A stretch of 64,000 bases of DNA from Promethearchaeota archaeon (GCA_048938005.1 JBHLMQ010000006.1:64001-128000), one strand, 5' to 3'; shown: positions 48,026-58,199, counted from the first letter of the stretch. Notes: a model not told the origin generated them from the letters alone. Program-made: numbers and translations.

Positions 48026-48223
48026 GTAATTATACTATTCACAGCATTTGGTCTATTGATGAGATCTATACAGGTTATATCAAAGACTAATTTTTTTTTT
48101 TTTATATTCATAAATATTAAAAAAACTATAACTATTAATTTAACCAAACAAGGTTTTTCTTATAAGACTATGTTTAATACTCAAAAATTATAAAGAAAAA
48201 ATTTTCATTATTAGGTAACAACC

Positions 48224-49318
48224 ATGTTGTTTCAAGCTGAATTAGAATTTACCCGGTTATTTATAGGAATAGTCATTTCTATTATTATTTTTGCATTTGG
48301 TATTTTCGGCATGAGATGGTATGCAAGGAAAAAATATAGATCTTCTGATGAAGTATGGGATACTTCTCTCAAGACGGCGTTTGTAGTAAATACAATTTGG
48401 CTGATAATAGATATTCCCATTATTATTCTGTTTAGTTTCCTGTTTACTGAAAACCTACTTCTTTATCTTATAATACAATTTTATAAATATATTATAATTG
48501 ATCTCTTTATTGGTACTTTAGCTGTTACTAAATTTTATAAAAAAAAACTAGCAGAAGCATTTGATTTTGTTATAATCGTTCAGCTCACACTTTTTGTCAT
48601 ATCTATTATTTTAATAATAACTTTCACTTCAATCCCTAATTTTTTATATATACCATTAATTTTTAGATATATTGTGACAATAGGATTGCCCTATACAATG
48701 CTTTTAACTGCTCTAGGTCTATTATGTGGATTTGGATTGGGTATATTGCTAGCAATTATGCGTGTTTACGGGGGTATAGAGCTCAAATGGTTTTCAAGTG
48801 GATACGAAAAATTATTCCGTGGTATTCCACTTCTGGTTCTGATTTATATCTTTGTTTTTGGAATGCCGGGCTTATTTTGGTATTTAGCACCACTTGATGC
48901 AAGGCTTGCTAGTGTAGTTTTAGCACTTGCACTTCGTAGTGGTGCCTACCAGTCTCAGATCTTTCGCGGGGCTATCTTGTCCGTGAATCCTGGACAGATG
49001 GAAGCAGCTCGTGCATTGGGTATGAAAGGTTTCCAAGCTTTCCGACACGTTGTAATGCCTCAAGCCTTAAGGTTAGCTGTACCCAGCTGGTCCAATGAAT
49101 ATGCGGTGGTTATTAAAGATTCATCCTTCGCTTCTGCAATTGGAATTATTGATATGACACAAGTGGCTTATCTTTTTTCTCTAGGTTACCATGAGCTCTG
49201 GGCTTTATCGTATGGCGTTCTCGCTGTCCTATACTTACTGTTTACTTATCCAGTAACTAAAGTGTTTGGTGAACGACAATCTAAAAAACTTAAGAATTTA
49301 GGAATGGGAGGTGGTTAG
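48224..49318 (+). CDS. Polar amino acid ABC permease with N-terminal membrane extension
   Basis: FRGIPLLV, SGAYQSQIFRGAI, GQMEAARALG, PQALR, IKDSS. Confidence 0.9.
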   Translation: MLFQAELEFTRLFIGIVISIIIFAFGIFGMRWYARKKYRSSDEVWDTSLKTAFVVNTIWLIIDIPIIILFSFLFTENLLLYLIIQFYKYIIIDLFIGTLAVTKFYKKKLAEAFDFVIIVQLTLFVISIILIITFTSIPNFLYIPLIFRYIVTIGLPYTMLLTALGLLCGFGLGILLAIMRVYGGIELKWFSSGYEKLFRGIPLLVLIYIFVFGMPGLFWYLAPLDARLASVVLALALRSGAYQSQIFRGAILSVNPGQMEAARALGMKGFQAFRHVVMPQALRLAVPSWSNEYAVVIKDSSFASAIGIIDMTQVAYLFSLGYHELWALSYGVLAVLYLLFTYPVTKVFGERQSKKLKNLGMGGG

Positions 49319-49332
49319 AAATAGTTGAATCT

Positions 49333-50112
49333 ATGCTACGTGTATTAGATGTGTGGAAATCATATGAAGATTTGCAGGTCCTTAAGGGAGTCTCATTCGA
49401 GTTAGCAGAGAGAGAGGTTAAAGTTATCTTTGGACCGAGTGGTTCTGGAAAAAGCACACTTCTCCGTTGTATTAATATGCTGAATCCACCAGATAAAGGT
49501 CAAGTATATCTCCGCGGACAGGACATTACAGTTCCTGGAGTCGATATTAATGCGGTGCGGACTAGAATTGGTATGGTGTTCCAACATTTCAATCTATTTG
49601 CTCACCTTAAAGCAATAGATAATGTTAGTATTGGTCTTCGTAGAGTTAAAGGTCTATCAAAGGAATTAGCACACCAGAAAGCGCTTGAGGTCTTACATCG
49701 TGTCAAAATGGCAGAGTGGGCTGATCATTATCCCGCAGAACTGTCTGGGGGTCAACAACAACGTATAGGTATTGCACGTGCCTTAGCCATGGAGCCGGAT
49801 GTGATTTTATTTGATGAACCAACCTCTGCTTTAGATCCTGAATTGATCGGTGAAGTGCTTCAAGTAATGTTAGAGATTGCTAAAGCTGGAACCACAATGA
49901 TAGTTGTTACTCACGAAATGGGATTCGCTAAAGCTGTCGCATCAGAAATGATTTTTCTTGATGATGGAATAGTCATTGAACGTGGAACTCCAAAACATTT
50001 CTTTGTTTCGCCTAAATCTGAACGCGTGAAGCACTTCCTCAAACAAATTAATGTTTTATATGGAACTCATGAAGAACTTCTAAAGTTATCTAACGAGGAG
50101 GAAAGTAAGTGA
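49333..50112 (+). CDS. Polar amino acid ABC ATP-binding protein (GlnQ-like)
   Basis: GPSGSGKST, GMVFQHFNLF, LSGGQQQR, LFDEPTSALDPEL, VTHEMGFA. Confidence 0.95.
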   Translation: MLRVLDVWKSYEDLQVLKGVSFELAEREVKVIFGPSGSGKSTLLRCINMLNPPDKGQVYLRGQDITVPGVDINAVRTRIGMVFQHFNLFAHLKAIDNVSIGLRRVKGLSKELAHQKALEVLHRVKMAEWADHYPAELSGGQQQRIGIARALAMEPDVILFDEPTSALDPELIGEVLQVMLEIAKAGTTMIVVTHEMGFAKAVASEMIFLDDGIVIERGTPKHFFVSPKSERVKHFLKQINVLYGTHEELLKLSNEEESK

Positions 50113-50927
50113 AAATCTTATCCAAGATTATAATAATTTTTTCGGTACTTTCCATTACAGTTTTATTATTTTGGGTATTTTGTAGCGTACTTGAATTGGA
50201 CTTTTGTATCGACTTCTATTCTATATTATATTATTGGGATCATATTTTCTCAGGATTTTTGTTGACAATGTGGTTGTATGGATGGGCGCTTATAATGGGC
50301 TTTTTCCTTGGTCTTATGCTGGCAATTCTCCGCCAATATGGAGGTCCAATTCTTTCACGAGTTGCTACGGGATATATCGAAATTATGCGTGGTACTCCTT
50401 TGCTTGTACAATTACTATTTTTATACTTTCTCCCTTCTAGTCTAAATATCCCTGTTGGGGATTGGAGTTTAGAGGCCAGCTTCAGAATGCTAGATAGAGA
50501 TATCACTATCATCCTCTTGAACCACCGAACTTTAATTGGTCTCCTTACGCTAGGTCTTAATAGTGCTGCCTATCAAGCAGAATACCTTCGTGGGGCAATA
50601 TTGTCTGTTGGTAGTGATCAATTAATGGCTGCACAATCGTTAGGTATGTCTCGTTTAGCTGGTATTCGGCATGTCGTATTACCGCAAGCTCTCCGTCGGG
50701 TTATCCCTGCTTGGTCTAATGAAGCTGCTTATCTTCCGAAGTATACTATTGTTGTTTATTTCATTGGAGTGCAGGATCTTTTTGCCGAATCACACTATAC
50801 AGTTGCATTTACATTTCTACCACTTGCTACATATGCCCTTACCGCTATCATCTTTTTAGTTATAATTACTATCATCTCCAAGGTATTGGATACTATTCAC
50901 AAACGGACAATGATTCCCGGCTTATAG
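50109..50927 (+). CDS. Polar amino acid ABC permease
   Basis: RGTPLLVQL, SAAYQAEYLRGAI, PQALRR. Confidence 0.92.
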   Translation: MKILSKIIIIFSVLSITVLLFWVFCSVLELDFCIDFYSILYYWDHIFSGFLLTMWLYGWALIMGFFLGLMLAILRQYGGPILSRVATGYIEIMRGTPLLVQLLFLYFLPSSLNIPVGDWSLEASFRMLDRDITIILLNHRTLIGLLTLGLNSAAYQAEYLRGAILSVGSDQLMAAQSLGMSRLAGIRHVVLPQALRRVIPAWSNEAAYLPKYTIVVYFIGVQDLFAESHYTVAFTFLPLATYALTAIIFLVIITIISKVLDTIHKRTMIPGL

Positions 50928-51034
50928 TCTTTCAAAATATAACCGAAATTTATATTTATCTTTTTTAATTCTTTTTAAATACTTCTGATAATTCGATATC
51001 TGAATTTTTTTTTAATAAAATAATTCATTTAAAA

Positions 51035-51875
51035 ATGAAATCAAAAATTTATGTAATTAAAAGAGAATCACGTGAAGCTACTCAAGCGTTAGTTTTGAGA
51101 ACCCTAAAATTGATATCTTTAAAAGATATTATCAATAATTTAGAGGAAAAGATCTTAATAAATCCAAATTGGTTAGCCCTAGATCATTTTAGTACCGGAA
51201 ACATAACTTCAAAGGACACATTAGAAGGAATTATTCTTTACCTCATAAAAGAGGCTAATGTAGAGCCAAAAAAGATTATTGTTGCTGATGGTGGTTCCTT
51301 TGGAGTATTGGATAAAATTTTTTGAATTAAATGAGATTAATCGATTGGAGGAATATGGAATTAAAATTAAGAACTTGAACGGTGATGAATTTAAAAAAAA
51401 TATCAAAATCGACAATTCTCTTTCATTAAAAAGTGTAAATATCGCAAGAACGGCTTTAGACGCGAGTTGCATTATTTCGGTTCCCTCATTAAAAACACAT
51501 AATATGGCTAAAACAACATTAAGTATGAAAAATATGATGGGGACTATTATGCCTAAAAGTATAATGCATTCTAACATCCATAAAAAAATAGCAGATTTAG
51601 TCTCTATATTGCGGCCTAAAATGAAATTTCAAGTTATTGATGGAATTATTGGCTCAAATGGATGGGAATTAGGAGGAAAGCCAATTCAAATGGATCTAAT
51701 TATTGCTGGAGAAGATCCTGTAGTTGTTGATAGAGTAAGGAGTGCTATAATGGGATATGGGATGGATAAAGTGAAATATTTGAAATATGGTGAGCAGAAA
51801 GGACTTGGTACAGCAAATTTAGACAATATTGAAATAATAGGAAAAACCATAGATGAAGTTCATCATAAGTTTTAG
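51035..51875 (+). pseudogene. DUF362 domain protein split into two frames (51035-51325 and the +1 frame to 51875)
   Basis: The first half has ILINPN and IIVADG; the second has IISVPSLKTH..TLSMKNMMG, IDGIIG, GEDPV. The break is at ATT TTT TGA (51317-51325). Confidence 0.75.
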
Positions 51876-51948
51876 TTTTTTCTTTAACCTCTTGTTATAT
51901 AATTTTTATAATACTTTTTTATTTTTATGAAACATTATAGAGATTTAA

Positions 51949-53022
51949 TTGATTATTGATAAAGTCTTGATTAAATTGAGAATTGTTGATTTACGTTCTG
52001 ATACCGTAACAAAACCATCTCCCGAAATGTGGGAAGCATTAAAATCGCTAGATAATTCTAAATTAGGTGATGATGTTGAAAGAGAAGACCCTACTGTAAA
52101 TGAGTTAGAAGAAAAATCTGCAAAGATTGTTGGAAAAGAATCTGCTCTCTTTGTAACTTCTGGTACTCAAGGCAATCTTATATCATTACTATCTCAAACT
52201 AATCCAGGAGATCAAATTATGGTTGAAAAACTTAGCCATATTATTGGACATGAGGTTGGAAGTGCTGCTAGGATTGGTGGATTGACGATTTATTCATATC
52301 CTTCTGATAAAGGTGTTCCTGATTTAGATGAACTTCAAGAAATGATCACAGATCGAGAAGATATACATGAACCCCCAACAAGCCTTTTATGTGCTGAGGA
52401 TACCCATAATTTTCATGGAGGTATAATAATTGAACCAGAAGAATTGAGGAAAATGATGCAATTTTCTGAAAAAAATGACTTAAGATTTCATCTTGATGGA
52501 GCAAGAATATTTAATGCTTCTGTAGCTCTTAATAAACCTGTTACGGATTTTACTCAATATGTTGATAGTGTGATGTTTTGTTTATCAAAAGGGCTCTCAT
52601 GTCCAGTTGGTTCTATTGTTGCCGGATCTCATGACTTTATTGAAAAAGCTAGGAGATACCGTAAAATGTTAGGTGGTGGAATGAGACAAGCAGGAGTCAT
52701 TGCATGTTTTGGTTTAGTTGCTCTTGACACTAATTGGATAAAACGGTTAGCAGAAGATCATAAAAACGCAAAGCTACTTGCTGAAGGAATAGAAGGATAT
52801 AAATTATCTATTCAAGTTCAAATTCCAGAAACAAATATCTTTTGGGTAAGTTTCCCAAAAAATGCTCCAATGGACAAAATAATGGCTGAATTTTATCAAA
52901 ATGGCATTAAAGTTTACAATTTCAATTATAATGTTCGTTTTGTTACACATTATGGAATAAATGAAGAAGATATCCGATATAGTATAGAAAAGATTGAACA
53001 AATTTTAAAGAAGTTTTTATAA
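51949..53022 (+). CDS. ltaE: Low-specificity L-threonine aldolase (start probably TTG 51976)
   Basis: DLRSDTVT, GDD..EDPT, SGTQGN, HLDGARIFNA, CLSKGL (PLP Lys), GGGMRQAG. Confidence 0.93.
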   Translation: MIIDKVLIKLRIVDLRSDTVTKPSPEMWEALKSLDNSKLGDDVEREDPTVNELEEKSAKIVGKESALFVTSGTQGNLISLLSQTNPGDQIMVEKLSHIIGHEVGSAARIGGLTIYSYPSDKGVPDLDELQEMITDREDIHEPPTSLLCAEDTHNFHGGIIIEPEELRKMMQFSEKNDLRFHLDGARIFNASVALNKPVTDFTQYVDSVMFCLSKGLSCPVGSIVAGSHDFIEKARRYRKMLGGGMRQAGVIACFGLVALDTNWIKRLAEDHKNAKLLAEGIEGYKLSIQVQIPETNIFWVSFPKNAPMDKIMAEFYQNGIKVYNFNYNVRFVTHYGINEEDIRYSIEKIEQILKKFL

Positions 53023-53072
53023 TAATTTTCACAAAAAATTTTAGATCAATAAAAAAGAAAAAATTTATTTGT

Positions 53073-53603
53073 TTAATCTTTACGTAAATCCAAGTCTTTA
53101 GCATCATCTTCAATTGCATCATAGTATTCAATATCCATCATTCCACCCTTAATATCTTCTGCCCAATGAACTTTTATTGGCATCCCTATATAAGTTTCCT
53201 TAAATTCAACATTGGGATCTAATTGTGAGGGGTAAGATGTATCTGCTCCATCTAATTGCGCACAAACTATAGGTCTTTCTATAACTTCACCAGTCTCAGG
53301 ATCTTTTAAATAACTTACAGTATATGAAGCTACTCTTCCAGTTTCACGCAAATCTACCCATCTATCAGGTTTAACGAGACATTTACCACAGATTTGGCGA
53401 GGTGGAAAATATATTCGATTGCAACTACTACATTGTAAGCCTATTAACTTTTTTTGTTTTAGCTTATCCAGAAATGGTTTCATATGAGTGATATTAAATT
53501 TAAATTTATAATTGGACAAATACCAACTTGCTGGCATAGTTCTTGTTCTAATATATTCTTTTTTAACATAATCCATTGTTTTTCTTAATATTCTTTTAGA
53601 CAT
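53073..53603 (-). CDS. DUF35 Zn-ribbon/OB-fold protein
   Basis: QCSSCNRIYFPPRQICGKC, LDGADT, IGMPIKVHW. Confidence 0.9.
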   Translation of the reverse strand: MSKRILRKTMDYVKKEYIRTRTMPASWYLSNYKFKFNITHMKPFLDKLKQKKLIGLQCSSCNRIYFPPRQICGKCLVKPDRWVDLRETGRVASYTVSYLKDPETGEVIERPIVCAQLDGADTSYPSQLDPNVEFKETYIGMPIKVHWAEDIKGGMMDIEYYDAIEDDAKDLDLRKD

Positions 53604-53622
53604 TTTATATTACCTCCATTTT

Positions 53623-54870
53623 TTATTTAATTTTTCTAACTGGTTCATCAGCCATAACCATCATTGTAACCAAATTAACCCAACCACCCCATCCATGACC
53701 AATTGCGGTATGAACTGTCTTTGGAACTTGATTGCTTGCTTTCCCCATAATCTGTAAAGCTGCCTCTGCAGGCCTTTCCATTGCTGCTGCTCCTATAGCG
53801 TTTGTGGAATTAACACCTCCAGAACAACATATTGGTAATTCACCATTTAACGCAGTTACTCCAGTTTCATACATTTCTGAAGCTTTATTTTCTTCGAACA
53901 GACCCAATTTTTCAACCCACATAAGCTCTTGGTTAGGAAATGGTGAATACACCTCAGCATAATCAATTTCTTTTCTTGGAAAAGAAACACCCGCTTGTTT
54001 AAACGCTAATTCAGAAGTTTTTTGAGCACCTAATTGTTCAGAAAGGTCTAATTGTCCTGATCCACTTCCGTTAAAACCAAGAAGGGCTGTTTCAGTTGCT
54101 ATACTGCCTACTCCATTTACATAAACAGGAATTTCACATAAATCTTTAGCTTTTTCCTCAGTCGTAAATAACATTGCACAAGCTCCATCGGATGCTGGGC
54201 ATACCATTCCATACCTTAGGGGGTATGAAATATAGGGAGTATCTAAAACATCTTCAATTGTAAGATCTGGCATTTTAAGGTGAGCCCACCATGTTTTTGC
54301 GGCATTATGTCTATTCTGAACGACGACTCTAGCTAAGTCTTCTTCTGTAATTTTACTTTTTCGCATATAATTAGTAGCCTGATAAGAAGCAATTCCTATA
54401 GCCGCACCACCAGACAAAATAGTTGTCAATTGATCCAAAGGAATACCTAATGAATTCATTACAGAAATTTCACCATATGCTACACTTGCAAGTCCCGTAG
54501 TTGTATTACCTTGAGATTGTTGTTCAAAAGCTACAGCTAATACTGTATCTATTCCAGGTAAACCAGCAGCAACCGAATAATATCCTGCGATAGCTACAGA
54601 ACCACCTGTAGTACCTCCTGTTGTGACTCTCATTAATGGTTTATTGCGAGCACCCAACCAATCTGTCATCCATAGTTCAGGAATATTTGAACCTTCAAAT
54701 GCTGGCATATTCCCATTTACAGAAGCATCAATATCTTTAATATCAAAACTTGGAATTTTTTTTAAGCAATCTTCTATCGCTTCATTTATCAATTCTGGCA
54801 TGCTTACATCTGAACGTTTTGAAGCATGTTCACTGAACCCAGCACTTGCAACACATACTTGTCTTCCCAT
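53623..54870 (-). CDS. Thiolase-fold protein, Ltp3-like (putative aldolase subunit)
   Basis: KRSDVSMPELINEAI, FEG..PELW..LGA..KPLMRV.TGG..GGS, EVYSPF, STNAIGA; no nucleophilic Cys. Confidence 0.8.
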   Translation of the reverse strand: MGRQVCVASAGFSEHASKRSDVSMPELINEAIEDCLKKIPSFDIKDIDASVNGNMPAFEGSNIPELWMTDWLGARNKPLMRVTTGGTTGGSVAIAGYYSVAAGLPGIDTVLAVAFEQQSQGNTTTGLASVAYGEISVMNSLGIPLDQLTTILSGGAAIGIASYQATNYMRKSKITEEDLARVVVQNRHNAAKTWWAHLKMPDLTIEDVLDTPYISYPLRYGMVCPASDGACAMLFTTEEKAKDLCEIPVYVNGVGSIATETALLGFNGSGSGQLDLSEQLGAQKTSELAFKQAGVSFPRKEIDYAEVYSPFPNQELMWVEKLGLFEENKASEMYETGVTALNGELPICCSGGVNSTNAIGAAAMERPAEAALQIMGKASNQVPKTVHTAIGHGWGGWVNLVTMMVMADEPVRKIK

Positions 54871-54872
54871 TT

Positions 54873-56015
54873 CTAATTACCTCCCTCTAATACATATACT
54901 ATATTATTTTGGGCACACATACCTATTTGACCTGTAGCAATAGCTTTTTTAGCTCCCTTAACTTGATAACCATCTGCTTCTTGCTTAAGTTGTTTAGCAG
55001 CTTCAATAATTCTAATCAATCCTGTAGCACATGGTGGATTCCCCCCAAGAGCACCTCCAGAAGGATTGATTGGAAGTTCACCATCAATTTCAGAATTTAA
55101 TTTTACGCCATTACCCTTCTCTGCAAATCCTAAAGCTTCAGAAAAAATTAATTCTTCATGTGCATAGCTTTCAAATACCTCAGCAACATCAATTTCATCT
55201 TTCGGATTTTTGATTCCTGCTGCATTAAATGCCATTTTCCCTGCTAATTCCATAGATTTACTAATAGATAAATCTCGATCTCCAAGATAATAGGCTTCTT
55301 GACTATAGCCTACGCCAGTAATCCAAACTGGATTATCTATAATCTTTAATGCTTGCCTTTCTGGAGCTAATAATAACGCAGCTACTCCATCACAAGGTTC
55401 AGCTACCATTAGTTCTGTTACCGGATCTGCATAAATCTCAGAATCTAGGACTTCTTTTGCAGTTATATTTGCATTTTGCGCTTCTGCTAAAGCTAAGGGA
55501 TTCCTAGCTGCATTTTTTCTATTTTTGACAGCAACTTTCGCTATATCTTCAACACCCACTCCAAATCTTTCCAAATATGCCCTCATCTGAAAACCAGCAG
55601 AAGTGATGTCATTTACATATGCAAGAGGGCGTTCCCATGTGGGATCTGTCTCATATAAACGAGTAGAATGGTAAGGAAAACATGATGCCATGCTTCCACC
55701 CCAGACAACCGCCAATTTATGATTACCAGATAAAATCCTCATTAAACCATATAAAACAGCATGAGCACCATCCATTTCCACCTTAGACTCATCTACTAAG
55801 TATCCTCCCCCCACTTCTACAGTTAAAGAATTTGATATAGTCCGTCCATCATAATAATCATTTGTAGCTGAGATTACAGTAGATATATCTTTCTTTTTCA
55901 AACCTGCACTATCTAAAGCTCCTCGTACAGCCTCAAAAATCATTTCATATCTCCCATAATTAGCATCTGAATACAACTTCACTTGATTATATCCTACAAT
56001 TCCAACTCTCTCCAT
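54873..56015 (-). CDS. Thiolase-fold protein, Ltp4-like (putative aldolase subunit)
   Basis: DYYDGR.IS, ESKVEMDGAHAV, NPSGGAL.GNP..ATGLIRI; no nucleophilic Cys. Confidence 0.8.
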   Translation of the reverse strand: MERVGIVGYNQVKLYSDANYGRYEMIFEAVRGALDSAGLKKKDISTVISATNDYYDGRTISNSLTVEVGGGYLVDESKVEMDGAHAVLYGLMRILSGNHKLAVVWGGSMASCFPYHSTRLYETDPTWERPLAYVNDITSAGFQMRAYLERFGVGVEDIAKVAVKNRKNAARNPLALAEAQNANITAKEVLDSEIYADPVTELMVAEPCDGVAALLLAPERQALKIIDNPVWITGVGYSQEAYYLGDRDLSISKSMELAGKMAFNAAGIKNPKDEIDVAEVFESYAHEELIFSEALGFAEKGNGVKLNSEIDGELPINPSGGALGGNPPCATGLIRIIEAAKQLKQEADGYQVKGAKKAIATGQIGMCAQNNIVYVLEGGN

Positions 56016-56023
56016 TTATGGTA

Positions 56024-56491
56024 TCACCTCTCATTCCTCACGAAACCCTTTATATCTGAAGGATCTCCTTTTGGTATTTCCTCCCACTGGATTCTTAATT
56101 TCATTCCTGTTTTTACTTCTTCTTGTTCAAGATCTAATAGGCGGTAAATTATTGCCGTATTACTTCCATCAATTTGTACCATACCAATAATTTGAGGTTT
56201 TTTAACTTTTCTACAAGCTCTATCATTAACCTTATAATGGGTTATTGTATAATTCTTTAGGGTTCCAGTATCAGGCAAATCCACCCAATTCTCTTCAAAA
56301 TGTATTTTTTCATTACATTTTCCACAAATTTTTCTTGGTGGAACAAAAACATCTCCACATTTGGGGCATTTATTTCCAATTATTTTTTTATTTTTAAGAG
56401 TATCATAAAATTTGTCCAAGTAACGACCAACCCAAAAAGCAAATTCCGCTCTTATAAACCCCTTATTAGCAACAATTATTTTATCAGTCAT
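56024..56491 (-). CDS. DUF35 Zn-ribbon/OB-fold protein
   Basis: KCPKCGDVFVPPRKICGKC, IDGSNT, GMKLRIQW. Confidence 0.9.
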   Translation of the reverse strand: MTDKIIVANKGFIRAEFAFWVGRYLDKFYDTLKNKKIIGNKCPKCGDVFVPPRKICGKCNEKIHFEENWVDLPDTGTLKNYTITHYKVNDRACRKVKKPQIIGMVQIDGSNTAIIYRLLDLEQEEVKTGMKLRIQWEEIPKGDPSDIKGFVRNER

Positions 56492-56665
56492 AATGTTAAT
56501 TTTTTTTCAAATGTAATTTTAATAATGATTAATATTGTGATGAGTGGTATTTATAATTTTGAAAACATCCAATTCCAGATTCTTTTATTTTTATTGACTT
56601 ATTAAATAATTTTAAGAGAAATGGTCAATATTAACACTAAAAGAATTTAATTTATATTTTAAGAG

Positions 56666-57955
56666 TTGACTAAATTGGTTATAAAAAAAGGAAATGTACA
56701 ATGTATTAATGATGAGATACTTGAAAAATTATCTTTAAAGAATCGTTATAAATTTTTGAATTACAATTTGATGTCTTATTTGCCAAAAGAACAGTTTGAT
56801 TTTCTTAATAAAACTCAAAAGTTTTTATTAGATTTTGAAAAGAAGAAGAGTATCACTCATAATGAAGATTTTTATGATTGGATTCCCGAAATCGGTAAGG
56901 AAGGCTTGGTTACCCGAATAAGTAATTTCGATTTTCTTGATTTGAATTATGAACCTTATGGGCTAACAGCTGAATTTATGAGAATATTAGCTACTGATTT
57001 TTTTGATCCACAACTTACAATGGGAATGGGAGCTAACGTTTTAGCAATTAATCCCCTATTAGTACATCACGAGAATGTTGGGATTCGCTTAAAAGCATTG
57101 AAAGAATTAATATTGGGGCAAAAAGTTGGTTGTATATGTATAACGGAACCCGAACGTGGTTCTGATGCAGTTCATATGCTTACTACTTGTGATGAACAAG
57201 AAGATGGAAGTTTTATTGTAAACGGAGAAAAAATTTATCAAACAAATGGAGCAAAAGCAGATTGGGCAGTAATGTATGCTGTCGCTGAAAAGAATAATGG
57301 CAATACGATGGCACAATTTTTGGTTGATACATCTTGGAATGGCTGGAAAGTAGAGAGAATAAATATCCCTTGGACTCCACGAATTTATCTTGGTAAAGAG
57401 ACTTTTACAAATTTAAGAATCCCTTCTGAATATGTTTTGGGCAAACCAGGTAAAGGTAGAGAACATCTTTTTGAAGGATTGAATTTGGAACGATTAGGAA
57501 TTGTCATTCTTAATGCAGCAGAATCTTGGAATGCTATAACTCATGCTGTCATTTATGCAAACATGAGAAAACAATTTGATCAGGAAATTTTAAAATTCCA
57601 GGGAGTTGGATTTCCTTTAGCAGATTTATGGGCAGAGACTATGAATCTTACTCTATCCACTTTAAATGTATGCCAAATGGTAGATAAAAAAGTAGAACAA
57701 TTTGGAGCCCTTCCTAAGGAATTTAGCTTGGCTTTAATGGCTACAGCATCTCAATTAAAATCAATAAGTGCTAAATTAAGTCAAAAGGCAGCATACGAAT
57801 GTGCAAATCTCATGGGTGGTGCAGGTGTATGTGATAACACATTAATGCAAGATTTACTAGGTGTCACTAGAATACAGGAAATTGGAGGGGGAACAAGACA
57901 AATTCAGCAATATATCATGAGTTTAACTCTACGACAATTATTTAAATTACTCTGA
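56666..57955 (+). CDS. Acyl-CoA dehydrogenase (isovaleryl/long-chain type catalytic Glu placement)
   Basis: CITEPERGSD, NGEK..TNG, GLNLERL, RKQF..I..FQ, MGGAG, IGGGT. Confidence 0.9.
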   Translation: MTKLVIKKGNVQCINDEILEKLSLKNRYKFLNYNLMSYLPKEQFDFLNKTQKFLLDFEKKKSITHNEDFYDWIPEIGKEGLVTRISNFDFLDLNYEPYGLTAEFMRILATDFFDPQLTMGMGANVLAINPLLVHHENVGIRLKALKELILGQKVGCICITEPERGSDAVHMLTTCDEQEDGSFIVNGEKIYQTNGAKADWAVMYAVAEKNNGNTMAQFLVDTSWNGWKVERINIPWTPRIYLGKETFTNLRIPSEYVLGKPGKGREHLFEGLNLERLGIVILNAAESWNAITHAVIYANMRKQFDQEILKFQGVGFPLADLWAETMNLTLSTLNVCQMVDKKVEQFGALPKEFSLALMATASQLKSISAKLSQKAAYECANLMGGAGVCDNTLMQDLLGVTRIQEIGGGTRQIQQYIMSLTLRQLFKLL

Positions 57956-58199
57956 TATAATTTCCTTTATTTTTTTTTCCTATTTTCTAAAATCATTTTA
58001 TAAATTTAATCTAACTTTCTAAGATTGATATAACATTATAATAATTGATAATAATGGGAATCTTTTAATTTAGTTTTTTGAGAAGATATAATATAGAAGT
58101 CTTAAAAAAAAAAGTCAATTTTTATAAACTTTCATGAACATAGTAAATAATTGGTTACCATATTTTAATACAAAAAATTTCTAAAAAGTGATAATTTAG

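Noticed and set aside
47975-48088. Hairpins as possible SECIS elements (Lokiarchaeia encode selenoproteins)
   Set aside because: No nearby gene has an in-frame TGA with continuing homology, and I could not place the tandem GA core
51323-51325. TGA in the DUF362 gene as selenocysteine readthrough
   Set aside because: The same frame stops again two codons later; homology continues in the +1 frame
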